Below, in pieces: positions 26,025 to 34,639 of a DNA stretch of 64,000 nucleotides (positions are counted from its first letter, which is position 1; every line of letters starts with the position of its first letter). The notes beneath the pieces were generated by a model, which ran no database searches, was not told where the DNA came from, and saw only the letters and a program-made list of their open reading frames with translations. A program made the position numbers and the translations under genes. This stretch comes from Solirubrobacterales bacterium (GTDB lineage Bacteria > Actinomycetota > Thermoleophilia > Solirubrobacterales > 70-9). The stretch is from assembly GCA_045805765.1 (NCBI GenBank), contig JBJMKN010000066.1, positions 1,377 through 65,376 of the forward strand, in the 5' to 3' direction.

Positions 26025-27410
26025 CTACCCGTTGGAGACGGAGAGCAGGTAGAGGCCGAAGCAGGTGAAGGCGACCATCACGGCCAGCATCCAGTACTGG
26101 GAGGCGATTGCTTTGCGGTAGTCAGGCCAGTAGACGAGGGCCCGGTCGTGGGCGAGCATCAGGCCGAGGACGTGGCCGACGATCAGGGCGCCGACCTGGA
26201 CGTACCAGATGGCGTTGGCGGTGAGGACGGTGTAGTCGACGCCGGAGGAGGCGGTTCCGAAGAGGTCGGTGGTTCCGGTCCCAAGGGGGTCGGAGAGCAG
26301 GTAGGTGAACTGGGCCTGCTCCTGGAAGACGAAGAGGCTGAAGTAGTGGGCGACGAGGTAGGCGAGCGCGATCGGGATCAGCGTGTGGGCGAAGCCGGTG
26401 CGCAGCTTCGCCAGCGAGGGGGCGCCGGGGACGGTCCGCATCCCCCGCACCCCGAGCCAGTAGACGAGGGAGACGCCGGCGAAGGTGAGCAGCATGAAGA
26501 TCGTGTCGGTGAGGCGGATCGAGGCGGTGACGCCGAGGCCGACGTCTTCGGCCCAGCCGATCCCGGTTTCGATGAAGTCGGCGAAGGCGCCCTCCGAGGC
26601 GCCGTCGTAGCTGGTGGTGGCGATCGAGGCGAGGACGAGGGCGGCCGAGCCGGGCACGGCGGCCCAGGTCGTCGCGGCCGAGAAGGGGCGCCGACGCTCG
26701 AGCCTGCCCTCGCGAGTGCCGAAGATCCCGAGCCGGCCGAACATCCCGAAGTAGACCGAGAAGACCTCGCCGCGATCGCACCACTGCTCGACCCCGAAGG
26801 CGGCCATCATCGCCAGCGTGTAGGCGGTGTAGACGCAGGCAGCCCTGGCGGCGACGTGGGGATCGAGGATCGCGCCGCCGCTGCCGTAGACGACCTCGAG
26901 CCAAACGACGGCGAGTAGGCCGATCGCCGCCGGCCACCGACCGAGGCGCTCTGGGTAGGTGACGTGCGCGGCCCGCTGTCCGGCGATCGCGCGGAAGCCG
27001 GCGCCGACGGCGCGGCCGATCGCGCGCCAGGGGTTGAAGGGCCGGAAGAGGTCCCCAAAGATCGCCGAGAAGAAGGGGAAGCCGAGCCAGCAGGTGACGA
27101 AGATGAAGGTGAGGGCGAAGTTGCGGTCGGGCGCGACCGTGCCCTCGAGGCCGGCGTAGATCGCGAAGCCGAGGAGGAGGACGCCGGCGGCGCCGCAGAG
27201 GATCTGCGCCGGGAGACCGAGGAGCGCGGCCGTGAGCCCCGCCCCGAACGGCCGCGAGTGCGGCTGCTCGAAGCGGGGCGTTCGCCAGCCTGCCGAGAGC
27301 GCGAAGAAGGAGACGATCAGGACGATCGACGCCCCCCAGGCGAAGAGCCAGGCGGGGACCGGCAGGTCCTGCCTGGATGCCAGGGCGTGCGCTAACGGCA
27401 GGAAGCTCAC
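26025..27410 (-). CDS. Polytopic integral membrane protein of unknown function (about 461 aa, at least 10 predicted TM segments by eye)
   Basis: C-terminal part of ORF 26025..27770. The in-frame GTG at 27410 overlaps the stop of the upstream lipoprotein gene (GTGA). The sequence begins VSFLPLAHALASRQDLPVPAWLFAWGASIVLIVSFFAL. The Arg-rich N-terminal extension in the track is an artefact. Confidence 0.7.
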   Translation of the reverse strand: MSFLPLAHALASRQDLPVPAWLFAWGASIVLIVSFFALSAGWRTPRFEQPHSRPFGAGLTAALLGLPAQILCGAAGVLLLGFAIYAGLEGTVAPDRNFALTFIFVTCWLGFPFFSAIFGDLFRPFNPWRAIGRAVGAGFRAIAGQRAAHVTYPERLGRWPAAIGLLAVVWLEVVYGSGGAILDPHVAARAACVYTAYTLAMMAAFGVEQWCDRGEVFSVYFGMFGRLGIFGTREGRLERRRPFSAATTWAAVPGSAALVLASIATTSYDGASEGAFADFIETGIGWAEDVGLGVTASIRLTDTIFMLLTFAGVSLVYWLGVRGMRTVPGAPSLAKLRTGFAHTLIPIALAYLVAHYFSLFVFQEQAQFTYLLSDPLGTGTTDLFGTASSGVDYTVLTANAIWYVQVGALIVGHVLGLMLAHDRALVYWPDYRKAIASQYWMLAVMVAFTCFGLYLLSVSNG

Positions 27411-27835
27411 GGGTTGATGCGGAGCTCGACGATCTGGACGCCTAGCTCCTCCAGCTCGGCCTCGTAGATCCCTTCCAGTTCGGCAGGGAAGTCGAATTCG
27501 ACCGTGCCCCCGGCCGGAACGTCCTTGGCGATGTCGTAGCCGTGGACGTGGATCTCTTCGGCTTTGTCGGAGGAGACGCGGAAGCGGATCTCTTCCCCGG
27601 CGCTGAATTCGAGCTCCTGAACGCCGCCGACCGGCTCGCCGTCGCGGACGACGACCGTCGGCACGTCCGCTTTGCCTGCGGGCTTCTCGGCTTCGGGAGC
27701 AGCCTTGCTGCTGTCGGCACCGGTTTCCGAGGCGCCACTCGCGGTAATGCTCTCGTCGCTGCTGCCGCATGCGGCCAGCGCCGTCGCGGCCGCCACGACA
27801 AGCAGGGCCAGGACCAACTTGCGTACGTCTCTCAT
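27407..27835 (-). CDS. Lipoprotein with a cupredoxin-like beta-sandwich-type domain (no obvious Cu ligand set)
   Basis: ORF 27407..28069 trimmed to ATG 27835. It has a lipobox signal MRDVRKLVLALLVVAAATALAAC and a Ser/Ala/Glu linker, followed by VVVRDGEPVGGVQELEFSAGEEIRFRVSSDKAEEIHVHGYDIAKDVPAGGTVEFDFPAELEGIYEAELEE. Confidence 0.7.
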   Translation of the reverse strand: MRDVRKLVLALLVVAAATALAACGSSDESITASGASETGADSSKAAPEAEKPAGKADVPTVVVRDGEPVGGVQELEFSAGEEIRFRVSSDKAEEIHVHGYDIAKDVPAGGTVEFDFPAELEGIYEAELEELGVQIVELRINP

Positions 27836-27903
27836 CTCAAGACCTTTCTCTCGCTTCTTCAGACAGGGGAAGCGCCAGCGCCCTGGCCGTGGCCGGGCGC
27901 GCG

Positions 27904-28152
27904 CTAGGCCGTGGCCGGGGGAGCGCGGCCGGAAAGCGAGAGGGCGAGGAGGAGTCCCCCGCTGCGAACGAAGGTTGGCGAGCGCGGTGTGCGCGGGCGC
28001 CGGGAGGCCGCGAGATCCGGACGGCGCGCGGCGGCGATCCGCTCGGCGAGGCGGACGATCGCCTCGCAACCGGGGTAGTGACCGAGCAGCAGCGTCACCA
28101 GCAGAGCCAGCAGCGGCAGCGCGGGCAGGAGGAATGTGACGAGCTCGGTCAC
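27904..28152 (-). CDS. Small hypothetical membrane protein (first gene of the membrane operon)
   Basis: ORF track. The N-terminal TM is MTELVTFLLPALPLLALLVTLLLGHYPG. Codons are GC3-rich. No family recognised. Confidence 0.4.
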   Translation of the reverse strand: MTELVTFLLPALPLLALLVTLLLGHYPGCEAIVRLAERIAAARRPDLAASRRPRTPRSPTFVRSGGLLLALSLSGRAPPATA

Positions 28153-28188
28153 GCGGCCAGGATACTGTCCCGCCTCAACCCTCCCTAA

Positions 28189-29007
28189 ATGCGCCCTGGA
28201 CGTGACAACATCGCCGCCCCCGACCTGCCGACCGATCTCGATTGGGTGGGAACCGAACGGGAGTCGATGCCGGCGCTGACCGCCGGCGGGCCAGCGCTAG
28301 TCCACTTCATCGAATACGCGCAGCTGAACAGCGTCCGCACGCTCCCCTATCTGGCCGAGTGGCAGCGGCGCTATCGCGAGGCCGGCCTGAGCGTGATCGC
28401 GGTCCAGGCGCCGCGCTTCCCCTTCGCCGCCGAGCAGGAGAACGTCGCCGCGGGGGTGCGCAGGCTCGGGGTCGAGCTCCCGGTCGCGATCGACGCCGAC
28501 CACGAGCTCTGGAGCGCCTACGGCTGCGAGGGCTGGCCCAGCCTCTTCCTCTGGAGCCTCGGCGGCTCCCTCGCCTGGGCCCACTTCGGCGAGGGCGAAT
28601 ACCGGGCGACCGAGGAAGCGATCCAGGCCGAGCTGCGGGAGATCGACGCGCTGCAAGACCTTCCTGAGCCGATGGCCCCGCTCCGCCCCACCGACGGCCC
28701 CGGCGCGCGGGTCATGGCCCCAACCCCAGAGCACTTCCCGGGGGGGAGCTGGGAGCGGGCGTGGGTCGCGGGAGAGGACGGCGAGGACCTGGCGCTCGAC
28801 TACCAGGCGGGCGGCGCCTACGCCACGGTCGAGGGCGAGGGAGAGCTGCAGGTCGAGATCGACGGCAAGTGGAGCACCGTCCCCGCCGGCCCCCCCGGCC
28901 TGCGGGTCCTGGCCGAACACCCGCGCCACGAGGCGCACAGCCTCGTCCTCCGCCCCGCGCCGGGGCTCAGGGTCTGGTCGCTCAGCTTCGCCGCGGGCGT
29001 ACCCTGA
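28189..29007 (+). CDS. DipZ C-terminal-domain-like thioredoxin-fold protein lacking the CxxC motif and lacking a signal peptide
   Basis: ORF track. From memory it aligns with the M. tuberculosis DipZ C-terminal region: LVHFIEYAQLNSVRT versus FWAYSCINCQR; SVIAVQAPRFPFAAEQENV; WPSLFLWSLGGSL; FGEGEYRATEEAI; C-terminal VWSLSFAAG versus VFSFTYG. Confidence 0.65.
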   Translation: MRPGRDNIAAPDLPTDLDWVGTERESMPALTAGGPALVHFIEYAQLNSVRTLPYLAEWQRRYREAGLSVIAVQAPRFPFAAEQENVAAGVRRLGVELPVAIDADHELWSAYGCEGWPSLFLWSLGGSLAWAHFGEGEYRATEEAIQAELREIDALQDLPEPMAPLRPTDGPGARVMAPTPEHFPGGSWERAWVAGEDGEDLALDYQAGGAYATVEGEGELQVEIDGKWSTVPAGPPGLRVLAEHPRHEAHSLVLRPAPGLRVWSLSFAAGVP

Positions 29008-29041
29008 GCCTTCCGCCGATCCCACCCCAAAGGAGGAACCA

Positions 29042-29404
29042 GTGATCACCAAGACCGACTTCATCGGCATCCCGTCCACCGACGCCGAGCGCTCGCGCGT
29101 CTTCTACGGCGAGACCCTCGGCCTCCGTCCCGACGACCGCGGCCGCTTCGAATTCTGGGCGGGCGACACCTGCTTCGCGATCTGGGAGCCGGCCAAACAG
29201 GGGATGGAGTTCGCGCCCCAGAAAAACGCCCACCCGGCGCTGCACGTCGAGGACGTCGCCACCGCCAAGGCGGAGCTGGAAGCCAAAGGCGTCGAGTTCA
29301 ACGGCGACGTCTTCGACACCGGCGTCTGCCACATGGCCCTCTTCACCGACCCCGACGGCAACGACCTGATGCTGCACAACCGCTACGCGCCGTACGAGAG
29401 CTAG
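29042..29404 (+). CDS. VOC (glyoxalase I-like) family protein, single domain
   Basis: ORF track. GTG start preceded by [29 protein letters not shown]...[15 protein letters not shown]. Confidence 0.75.
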   Translation: MITKTDFIGIPSTDAERSRVFYGETLGLRPDDRGRFEFWAGDTCFAIWEPAKQGMEFAPQKNAHPALHVEDVATAKAELEAKGVEFNGDVFDTGVCHMALFTDPDGNDLMLHNRYAPYES

Positions 29405-30366
29405 GCGCGCGCGGCGACCTCGTCGCGGATCTCCTTCGGGAGCATGAAGCGGACGTCCTCGTGGACGGTGCGCAGCTCGGAGACGTCCTCGGCGCCGCGG
29501 TCGCGGAAGAAGGTGACGAGGCTTTCGACCAGCTCCTCGGGGGCGGAGGCTCCGGAGGTGATGCCGACGGTCTCGACTCCCTCCAGCCACTCCTCCTGGA
29601 CCTGGGAGTGGTTGTCGATCAGGTGCGAGGCGGCGCCGTGTTCGCGCGCGACCTCGACCAGGCGGTTGGAGTTGGAGGAGTTGGTCGAGCCGATGACGAG
29701 GACGAGGTCGCACTCGCGGGCCAGCTGCTTGACGGCGATCTGGCGGTTGGTGGTCGCATAACAGATGTCGTCCGACTTGCTGCTGACGATGCCGGGGAAC
29801 TTGGCCCGCAGAGCGGCGATCACCTCGGCGGTCTCATCGACGGAGAGGGTCGTCTGAGTGATGAAAGCGACTTTGTCGGGATCGGGGACGACGAGGCTCT
29901 CGACTTCGTCGGCGGTTTCGATCAGGACGATGCTCTCGGGCGCCTCGCCCGTCGTCCCTTCGACCTCCTCGTGGCCCTCGTGGCCGATCATGATGATCGT
30001 GTAGCCCTGGGCCGCGAAGCGGCGGGCGGAGACGTGGACCTTGGTCACCAGCGGGCAGGTCGCGTCGATCGTCCGCAGGCCGCGGGAGGCGGCGTTCTCG
30101 TGGACGCTCGGAGCGACGCCGTGGGCGGAGAAGACGACCATCGCGCCCTCCGGCACCTCGGTCTCCTGCTCGACGAAGATCGCGCCGCGCTTGGCCAGCT
30201 CCTCGACCACGTGTTTGTTGTGGACGATCTCCTTGCGGACGTAGACGGGGGCGCCGTGGAGCTCGAGCGCGCGCTCGACCGTCTGCACGGCCCGATCGAC
30301 GCCGGCGCAGTAACCGCGCGGCGCAGCGAGCAGGACCCGCTTGGGGCCGGTCAGGGTGGCAGGCAT
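29401..30366 (-). CDS. ispH: 4-hydroxy-3-methylbut-2-enyl diphosphate reductase
   Basis: ORF 29401..30504 trimmed to ATG 30366 ([27 protein letters not shown]). [29 protein letters not shown] and [11 protein letters not shown]. Confidence 0.9.
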   Translation of the reverse strand: MPATLTGPKRVLLAAPRGYCAGVDRAVQTVERALELHGAPVYVRKEIVHNKHVVEELAKRGAIFVEQETEVPEGAMVVFSAHGVAPSVHENAASRGLRTIDATCPLVTKVHVSARRFAAQGYTIIMIGHEGHEEVEGTTGEAPESIVLIETADEVESLVVPDPDKVAFITQTTLSVDETAEVIAALRAKFPGIVSSKSDDICYATTNRQIAVKQLARECDLVLVIGSTNSSNSNRLVEVAREHGAASHLIDNHSQVQEEWLEGVETVGITSGASAPEELVESLVTFFRDRGAEDVSELRTVHEDVRFMLPKEIRDEVAARA

Positions 30367-30497
30367 ACGTTCAGGGTACCGAGGCGCCGCATCGGAGTTT
30401 GACCCCAGGCGGCTGTGGGAAAAGTCGGAAGCGGTGGCGGGATTGCGAATAATCGAGCGGCAAAGCCCCGAAATTGCGGCCTGAGTAGCCTTGCCTG

Positions 30498-31913
30498 ATG
30501 GCAACTTCCGGACGCCACCTCGACCGCCTCACCGCCGTCGACGCCTCGTTCCTGACCAACGAGAGCTCCAGCAGCCACATGCACGTCGGCGCGATCCTGA
30601 TCTTCGAGGGGCCGCCGCCGAAATACACCGACCTGGTCGAGCACGTGCGCAGCCGCCTGCCGCTGGTCCCGCGCTTCCGCCAGAAGCTCGTCGTGCCGCC
30701 GCTGGAGGCCGGTCGGCCGCTCTGGGCCGACGACGTCAACTTCAACCTGACCTACCACATCCGCCACACCGCGCTGCCGGATCCGGGCGGCGAGGAGCAG
30801 CTGAAACAGCTCGCGGGGCGGATCTTCTCCCAGCAGCTCGACCGCTCGAAGCCGCTCTGGGAGCTGTGGCTGGCGCAGAACCTGGAGCGCAACCGCTTCG
30901 CGATCCTGACCAAGACCCATCACGCGATGGTCGACGGGGTCTCCGGCGTCGACATCGGCACCGTCCTCTTCGACCTCGAGCGCGACGCCAAGCCGATGGA
31001 GCTGGAGGACCACTGGGTGCCGCAGCCCGAACCGGGGACGACGGAGCTGGTCGCGCGCGGGCTCGCCGACGCGGTGGCGGCGCCGGTGAAGATCGCCGAG
31101 CGCGCGGTCGACGTCGTCCGCAACCCGGAGACGACGGCGCGGAAGCTGGTCGAGGGGCTGGAGGGGGTCGGCGAGATCGTCAGCGCCTTCGCCGACCCGG
31201 CGCCGGACGTGCCGCTGAACGAGGAGATCGGCCCCCACCGGCGCTACGTCTGGGAGCGCTCGGAGCTGGCGACCTTCAAGGGGATCAAGGACACCTTCGG
31301 CGGGACCGTCAACGACGTCGTCCTCGCGGTGGTCACGGGCGCGCTGCGCAAGTGGCTGCACGGGCGGCGGGTGCGGACCGAGGGGCTGGAGCTGCGGGCC
31401 TTGGTCCCGGTCTCGATCCGCAGCGAGGACGAGCGCGGAGATCTCGGCAACCGGATCGCGCTGATGCGGGGGCCGCTGCCGGTCTACATCGAGGACCCGG
31501 TGCGGCGGCTGCGGACGATCAGCGACGCGATGGCGGGGCTGAAGCGCTCCAAACAGGCGTTGGGGGCGGAAGTGATTTCCCGCTTCAACGACTTCGCGCC
31601 GCCGACGATCCTGGCCCAGGCCTCGCGGATCAACTTCTCGACCCGCCTCTTCAACCTCATCGTCACCAACGTCCCCGGGCCGCAGATGCCGCTCTACGTC
31701 CTCGGCCGGGAGATGGAGGAGGTCTTCCCGGTCGCCTTCCTGCCCCAGAACCACTGCCTCGCGGTGGCGATCATGAGCTACCACGGCAAAGTCGGCTTCG
31801 GGCTGCTCGCCGACTACGACTGCATGGAGGACGTCGAAGTCGTCAGCAACGGGCTGAACGAATCCCTCGCCGAGCTCGAGGCGGCGGCCGGCAAGAAGGT
31901 CAAGGCCGCGTAG
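30498..31913 (+). CDS. Wax ester synthase / diacylglycerol acyltransferase (WS/DGAT)
   Basis: ORF track. Catalytic [10 protein letters not shown] motif, N-terminal [15 protein letters not shown] and [10 protein letters not shown] near the C-terminus. Confidence 0.9.
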   Translation: MATSGRHLDRLTAVDASFLTNESSSSHMHVGAILIFEGPPPKYTDLVEHVRSRLPLVPRFRQKLVVPPLEAGRPLWADDVNFNLTYHIRHTALPDPGGEEQLKQLAGRIFSQQLDRSKPLWELWLAQNLERNRFAILTKTHHAMVDGVSGVDIGTVLFDLERDAKPMELEDHWVPQPEPGTTELVARGLADAVAAPVKIAERAVDVVRNPETTARKLVEGLEGVGEIVSAFADPAPDVPLNEEIGPHRRYVWERSELATFKGIKDTFGGTVNDVVLAVVTGALRKWLHGRRVRTEGLELRALVPVSIRSEDERGDLGNRIALMRGPLPVYIEDPVRRLRTISDAMAGLKRSKQALGAEVISRFNDFAPPTILAQASRINFSTRLFNLIVTNVPGPQMPLYVLGREMEEVFPVAFLPQNHCLAVAIMSYHGKVGFGLLADYDCMEDVEVVSNGLNESLAELEAAAGKKVKAA

Positions 31914-31915
31914 CT

Positions 31916-31950
31916 GTCGAGTTTGTCTCCCTATAGGGGACAAACTCGAC
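31916..31950. terminator. Stem-loop 3 nt after the WS/DGAT stop (no U-tract)
   Basis: GTCGAGTTTGTCtCCC-tata-GGGGACAAACTCGAC (12 + 3 bp with one bulge). It is related to the hairpin at 58206-58240. Confidence 0.5.
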
Positions 31951-31968
31951 ACTCCCTAGTCTTTCTCC

Positions 31969-32490
31969 ATGCCCCTGATCCTCGTTCTCCTCTTCATCGT
32001 CGTCCCGATCGCGGAGCTCTACGTGATCATCCAGGTGGGACAGGCGATCGGGGTCGTCCCGACCCTGATCCTGCTGCTGGCCGACGCGATCCTCGGCTCA
32101 TGGCTGCTCAAACACGAGGGGCGCGGGGCCTGGCGGCGCTTCAACGAGGCGCTGGCAGCGCGGCGGTTTCCGGGCCGCGAGGTCGCCGACGGGGTCCTGA
32201 TCGTGATCGGCGGCACCCTGCTGCTCACCCCGGGCTTCCTCACCGACATCTTCGGACTCTTCCTGCTGCTGCCACCGACGCGCGCGATCGCGCGACGGGT
32301 GCTGAAACGGCTGACGATCGGCCGCTTCACCGTGGTCGGGATGGGGCCAGGCTCCGTCGGCGGGCCGTTCGGTCCGCCGCCCGGCAGCGGGCCGAGCCGC
32401 GGCCCCAGCCGCGACTACGACTTCGAGGGCACCGCCGAAGAGGTGCCGCCGAACGGCGAGCCGCGGCTTCCGCGCTCAGACCAGGGCTGA
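31969..32490 (+). CDS. fxsA: FxsA family (UPF0716) membrane protein
   Basis: ORF track. MPLILVLLFIVVPIAELYVIIQVGQAIG...LLLTPGFLTDIFGLFLLLPPTRA. Confidence 0.8.
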   Translation: MPLILVLLFIVVPIAELYVIIQVGQAIGVVPTLILLLADAILGSWLLKHEGRGAWRRFNEALAARRFPGREVADGVLIVIGGTLLLTPGFLTDIFGLFLLLPPTRAIARRVLKRLTIGRFTVVGMGPGSVGGPFGPPPGSGPSRGPSRDYDFEGTAEEVPPNGEPRLPRSDQG

Positions 32491-33005
32491 TGCGCGACGG
32501 GGAGCGCCAGACGGAGCGGCTCCTCCTCCGCCGGCCAAGCCCCGACGACCGCGCCCTCTACCACGCCCACTTCACCCACCCGGCGATCGAGCGCTGGCTC
32601 CGCCCCCCTCCCCTGCCGCCCTTCAACGCGGGGGCAATCGACGAGCTGGTGGAAGGCGACGAGGCCCACTGGTCCGACCACGGCTTCGGCCCCTGGGTCC
32701 TGGTGGAGCAAGGGACCAACGCCTTCGCCGGCCGCGGCGGCCTCCACTGGACCACCGTCGAAGAGGCCGCGATGGTCGAGCTCGCCTGGAGCATCGAGCC
32801 GCCGCTGCATGGCAACGGCTACGCGACTGAGATGGCGACCGCGGCCATTGCCTGGGCGCGGGAGCTGGGGTTCGAGGAGCTGGTGGCGCTGGTGCTACCG
32901 GCGAACGCCCCGTCGCGGCGGGTAGCCGAGAAGGTCGGGTGCGGGATTGACGGCGAAGTCAACCATGCCGGGCTGCCGCACCTGCTTTACCGGCTGAAGC
33001 CCTAG
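32490..33005 (+). CDS. GNAT family N-acetyltransferase (RimJ/RimL-like)
   Basis: Real part of ORF 31923..33005. The ATG at 32490 overlaps the fxsA stop (TGATG). TERLLLRRPSPDD...GNGYATEMATAAIAWARELG...LVLPANAPSRRVAEKVG. Confidence 0.8.
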   Translation: MRDGERQTERLLLRRPSPDDRALYHAHFTHPAIERWLRPPPLPPFNAGAIDELVEGDEAHWSDHGFGPWVLVEQGTNAFAGRGGLHWTTVEEAAMVELAWSIEPPLHGNGYATEMATAAIAWARELGFEELVALVLPANAPSRRVAEKVGCGIDGEVNHAGLPHLLYRLKP

Positions 33006-33340
33006 AACCCGAGCGCGAACTTGGCCTCCTCGGACATCATTTCCGGGCTCCACGGAGGGTCGAAGACCATCTTCGGGTGCACGGCGGTGACGCCGGGGAG
33101 GTCGCCGACGAACTCGCGCATCTGCTCGGAGACCTGGGGGCCGATCGGGCAGGCGGGGGTCGTCAGGGTGAAGGTGACGTAGACGTCGGAGCCCTCGAGG
33201 TTGACGTCGTAGACGAGGCCGAGGTTGACGAAGTCGAGCCCGAGCTCGGGGTCGATGACCTCCTCCAGCACCTCGTAGACGTCCTCCTCGGTGAGGGTTT
33301 CGTCGCTGGTCGCGTCGGTCGGTGCGGGGTTATCGCTCAT
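33002..33340 (-). CDS. sufT: DUF59/MIP18-family Fe-S assembly protein (SufT-like)
   Basis: ORF track. VYEVLEEVIDPELGLDFVNLGLVYDV...TLTTPACPIGP (conserved Cys). Confidence 0.8.
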   Translation of the reverse strand: MSDNPAPTDATSDETLTEEDVYEVLEEVIDPELGLDFVNLGLVYDVNLEGSDVYVTFTLTTPACPIGPQVSEQMREFVGDLPGVTAVHPKMVFDPPWSPEMMSEEAKFALGF

Positions 33341-33361
33341 GGCTGCATGGTAGCCGGGTGC

Positions 33362-33907
33362 TCAGTGCGGCTCAGTCGGCGCCCGCGCCTCCAACATCCG
33401 CCGGACATAGGACCGCCTGTCCTCCGGCAGAGGAAGGTCGTCGATTAGTCCGAGCAGGCTGGGTAGGGAGACCAGGCCGGCCGCCAAGGCATCCTGCGCG
33501 AACTCCCAGTCGCGGGCTTCGCCTCGTGCACACTTGGCCAGAATGAGATCGTGAGCCTCTAGGCAGAGGGCAGTCGCCCCTTTGTTGGAGGCGGCCCGCG
33601 GGGGGATCGAAAGAGCAATCAAGCGGTTCTCCCAACCTGCCGGCGCCTTCGCCGTCTCCGGCCCGACACCATGTGCGTAGTAGCCGTAGGTCCGGTGAAA
33701 CGGTGAGCCGTCACCGAGGGAGGCGTCGATCGCCTCCGCTTTCTCCGGGGCGTGAAGGGGGTAAAGGTCGGCCTCCATGGAGCGCAGCAGCTCCGTGGGT
33801 GGATCGTCGGCGGCGAGCACCGCCTGGCTGCCGATGACGACGAACTCGACCTCGTCCGAGACCTGAGCGGCCGCTGCGACCACGTGCTCCAGATCGACCA
33901 GCCTCAT
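33362..33907 (-). CDS. Minimal nucleotidyltransferase-fold protein (DUF6036-like from memory); toxin-like partner of the upstream HTH gene
   Basis: ORF track. VVIGSQAVL...(18 aa)...SMEADLYP fits the hG[GS]-x(n)-[DE]x[DE] pattern. HDLILAKCARGEARDWEF resembles the helical C-terminal region of such NTases. The start overlaps the upstream gene by ATGA. GC is lower than in the flanking genes. Confidence 0.55.
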   Translation of the reverse strand: MRLVDLEHVVAAAAQVSDEVEFVVIGSQAVLAADDPPTELLRSMEADLYPLHAPEKAEAIDASLGDGSPFHRTYGYYAHGVGPETAKAPAGWENRLIALSIPPRAASNKGATALCLEAHDLILAKCARGEARDWEFAQDALAAGLVSLPSLLGLIDDLPLPEDRRSYVRRMLEARAPTEPH

Positions 33908-34590
33908 CGGACCTGATCTGCGATCGCCCGCCGCTCAGCCTCGCTGAGGACGCCGGCGAAGGGTGAATTCTGCCTCAGGTCGCGAGCTCTCTCGCTCTCG
34001 TCTTCGAGAATCCTCCGGACGCCTGGAAGCGGCCCCTGCAGGAGGCCTTCCCACGCCTCCGCGTAGCGGGGGTCGATGCTGCCTTTGTCCCTCCAATGAC
34101 GGACCAGCGCCAGCGCCATGTCGGCGGTGGGCCTGTCCAGCCGCCGAGCCACCGCCCGGTGGTAGGCAAGGCCCCGTAGGTCCGAGGGCTGCTGCCCCCG
34201 GGGTTGCTCCCGCGGTGCGGCGAGATTTCGCGGCAGGCGTTCGGCTTTCCTCCGCGTCGCATCCACCGCTCCCTCTAGGACATGGCGGCGTCCGGCTCGC
34301 CGCTCGCCGTCCACCGCTTCTTTCAGCTCGATCAGGGTGGACAGGGGGATCGCGCGGCTGCCATCGAGGTCGAAGACGGTGGCAATCTCGCCTTTCGCCA
34401 TCCAGCGACGCAGTGCCGGTGGGCTGACGCCGAGGACTCGTGCCGCGAAGGCCGGCCTTACGGTCGGCCCGACCATCTCTTCGAGATGAAGGCGGACAGC
34501 GGGGATATCGGGGGTTCCTGAAAAATCCCTTTCGACCCGACGAAGGCGAATCAAATCCTCTACCAAAGCCTCTTTATAAGCCTTCTTCAC
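33904..34590 (-). CDS. HTH (excisionase/MerR-like) domain protein with an unassigned C-terminal domain; antitoxin/regulator-like
   Basis: ORF track with a GTG start. The HTH is ARVLGVSPPALRRWMAKGEIATV. The C-terminal roughly 100 aa (LAYHRAVARRLD...LRQNSPFAGVLSEAERRAI) is not recognised. Confidence 0.55.
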   Translation of the reverse strand: MKKAYKEALVEDLIRLRRVERDFSGTPDIPAVRLHLEEMVGPTVRPAFAARVLGVSPPALRRWMAKGEIATVFDLDGSRAIPLSTLIELKEAVDGERRAGRRHVLEGAVDATRRKAERLPRNLAAPREQPRGQQPSDLRGLAYHRAVARRLDRPTADMALALVRHWRDKGSIDPRYAEAWEGLLQGPLPGVRRILEDESERARDLRQNSPFAGVLSEAERRAIADQVR

Positions 34591-34596
34591 GTGCTT

Positions 34597-34639
34597 ATTC
34601 TATCGAAAGTTTCTATTTAACTTCAAATACAGAAACTTT
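34597..34639 (-). promoter_or_regulatory. Putative leaderless promoter plus 9-bp inverted-repeat operator for the HTH gene
   Basis: The minus strand reads TTGAAG-18 nt-TAGAAT-6 nt-GTG(start). An AAAGTTTCT / AGAAACTTT inverted repeat (34606-34614 and 34631-34639, 16-nt spacer) spans the -35 region. Confidence 0.5.

Noticed and set aside
26025-28069. N-terminal extensions of track ORFs (26025..27770, 27407..28069; likewise 5962..8442, 41231..45406, 31923..33005, 35139..36155, 29401..30504, 61613..63424)
   Set aside because: The extended parts overlap the upstream gene, are Arg-rich and lack homology-like sequence. In-frame internal starts with an SD or stop/start overlap give canonical family N-termini, so the shorter coordinates were used.
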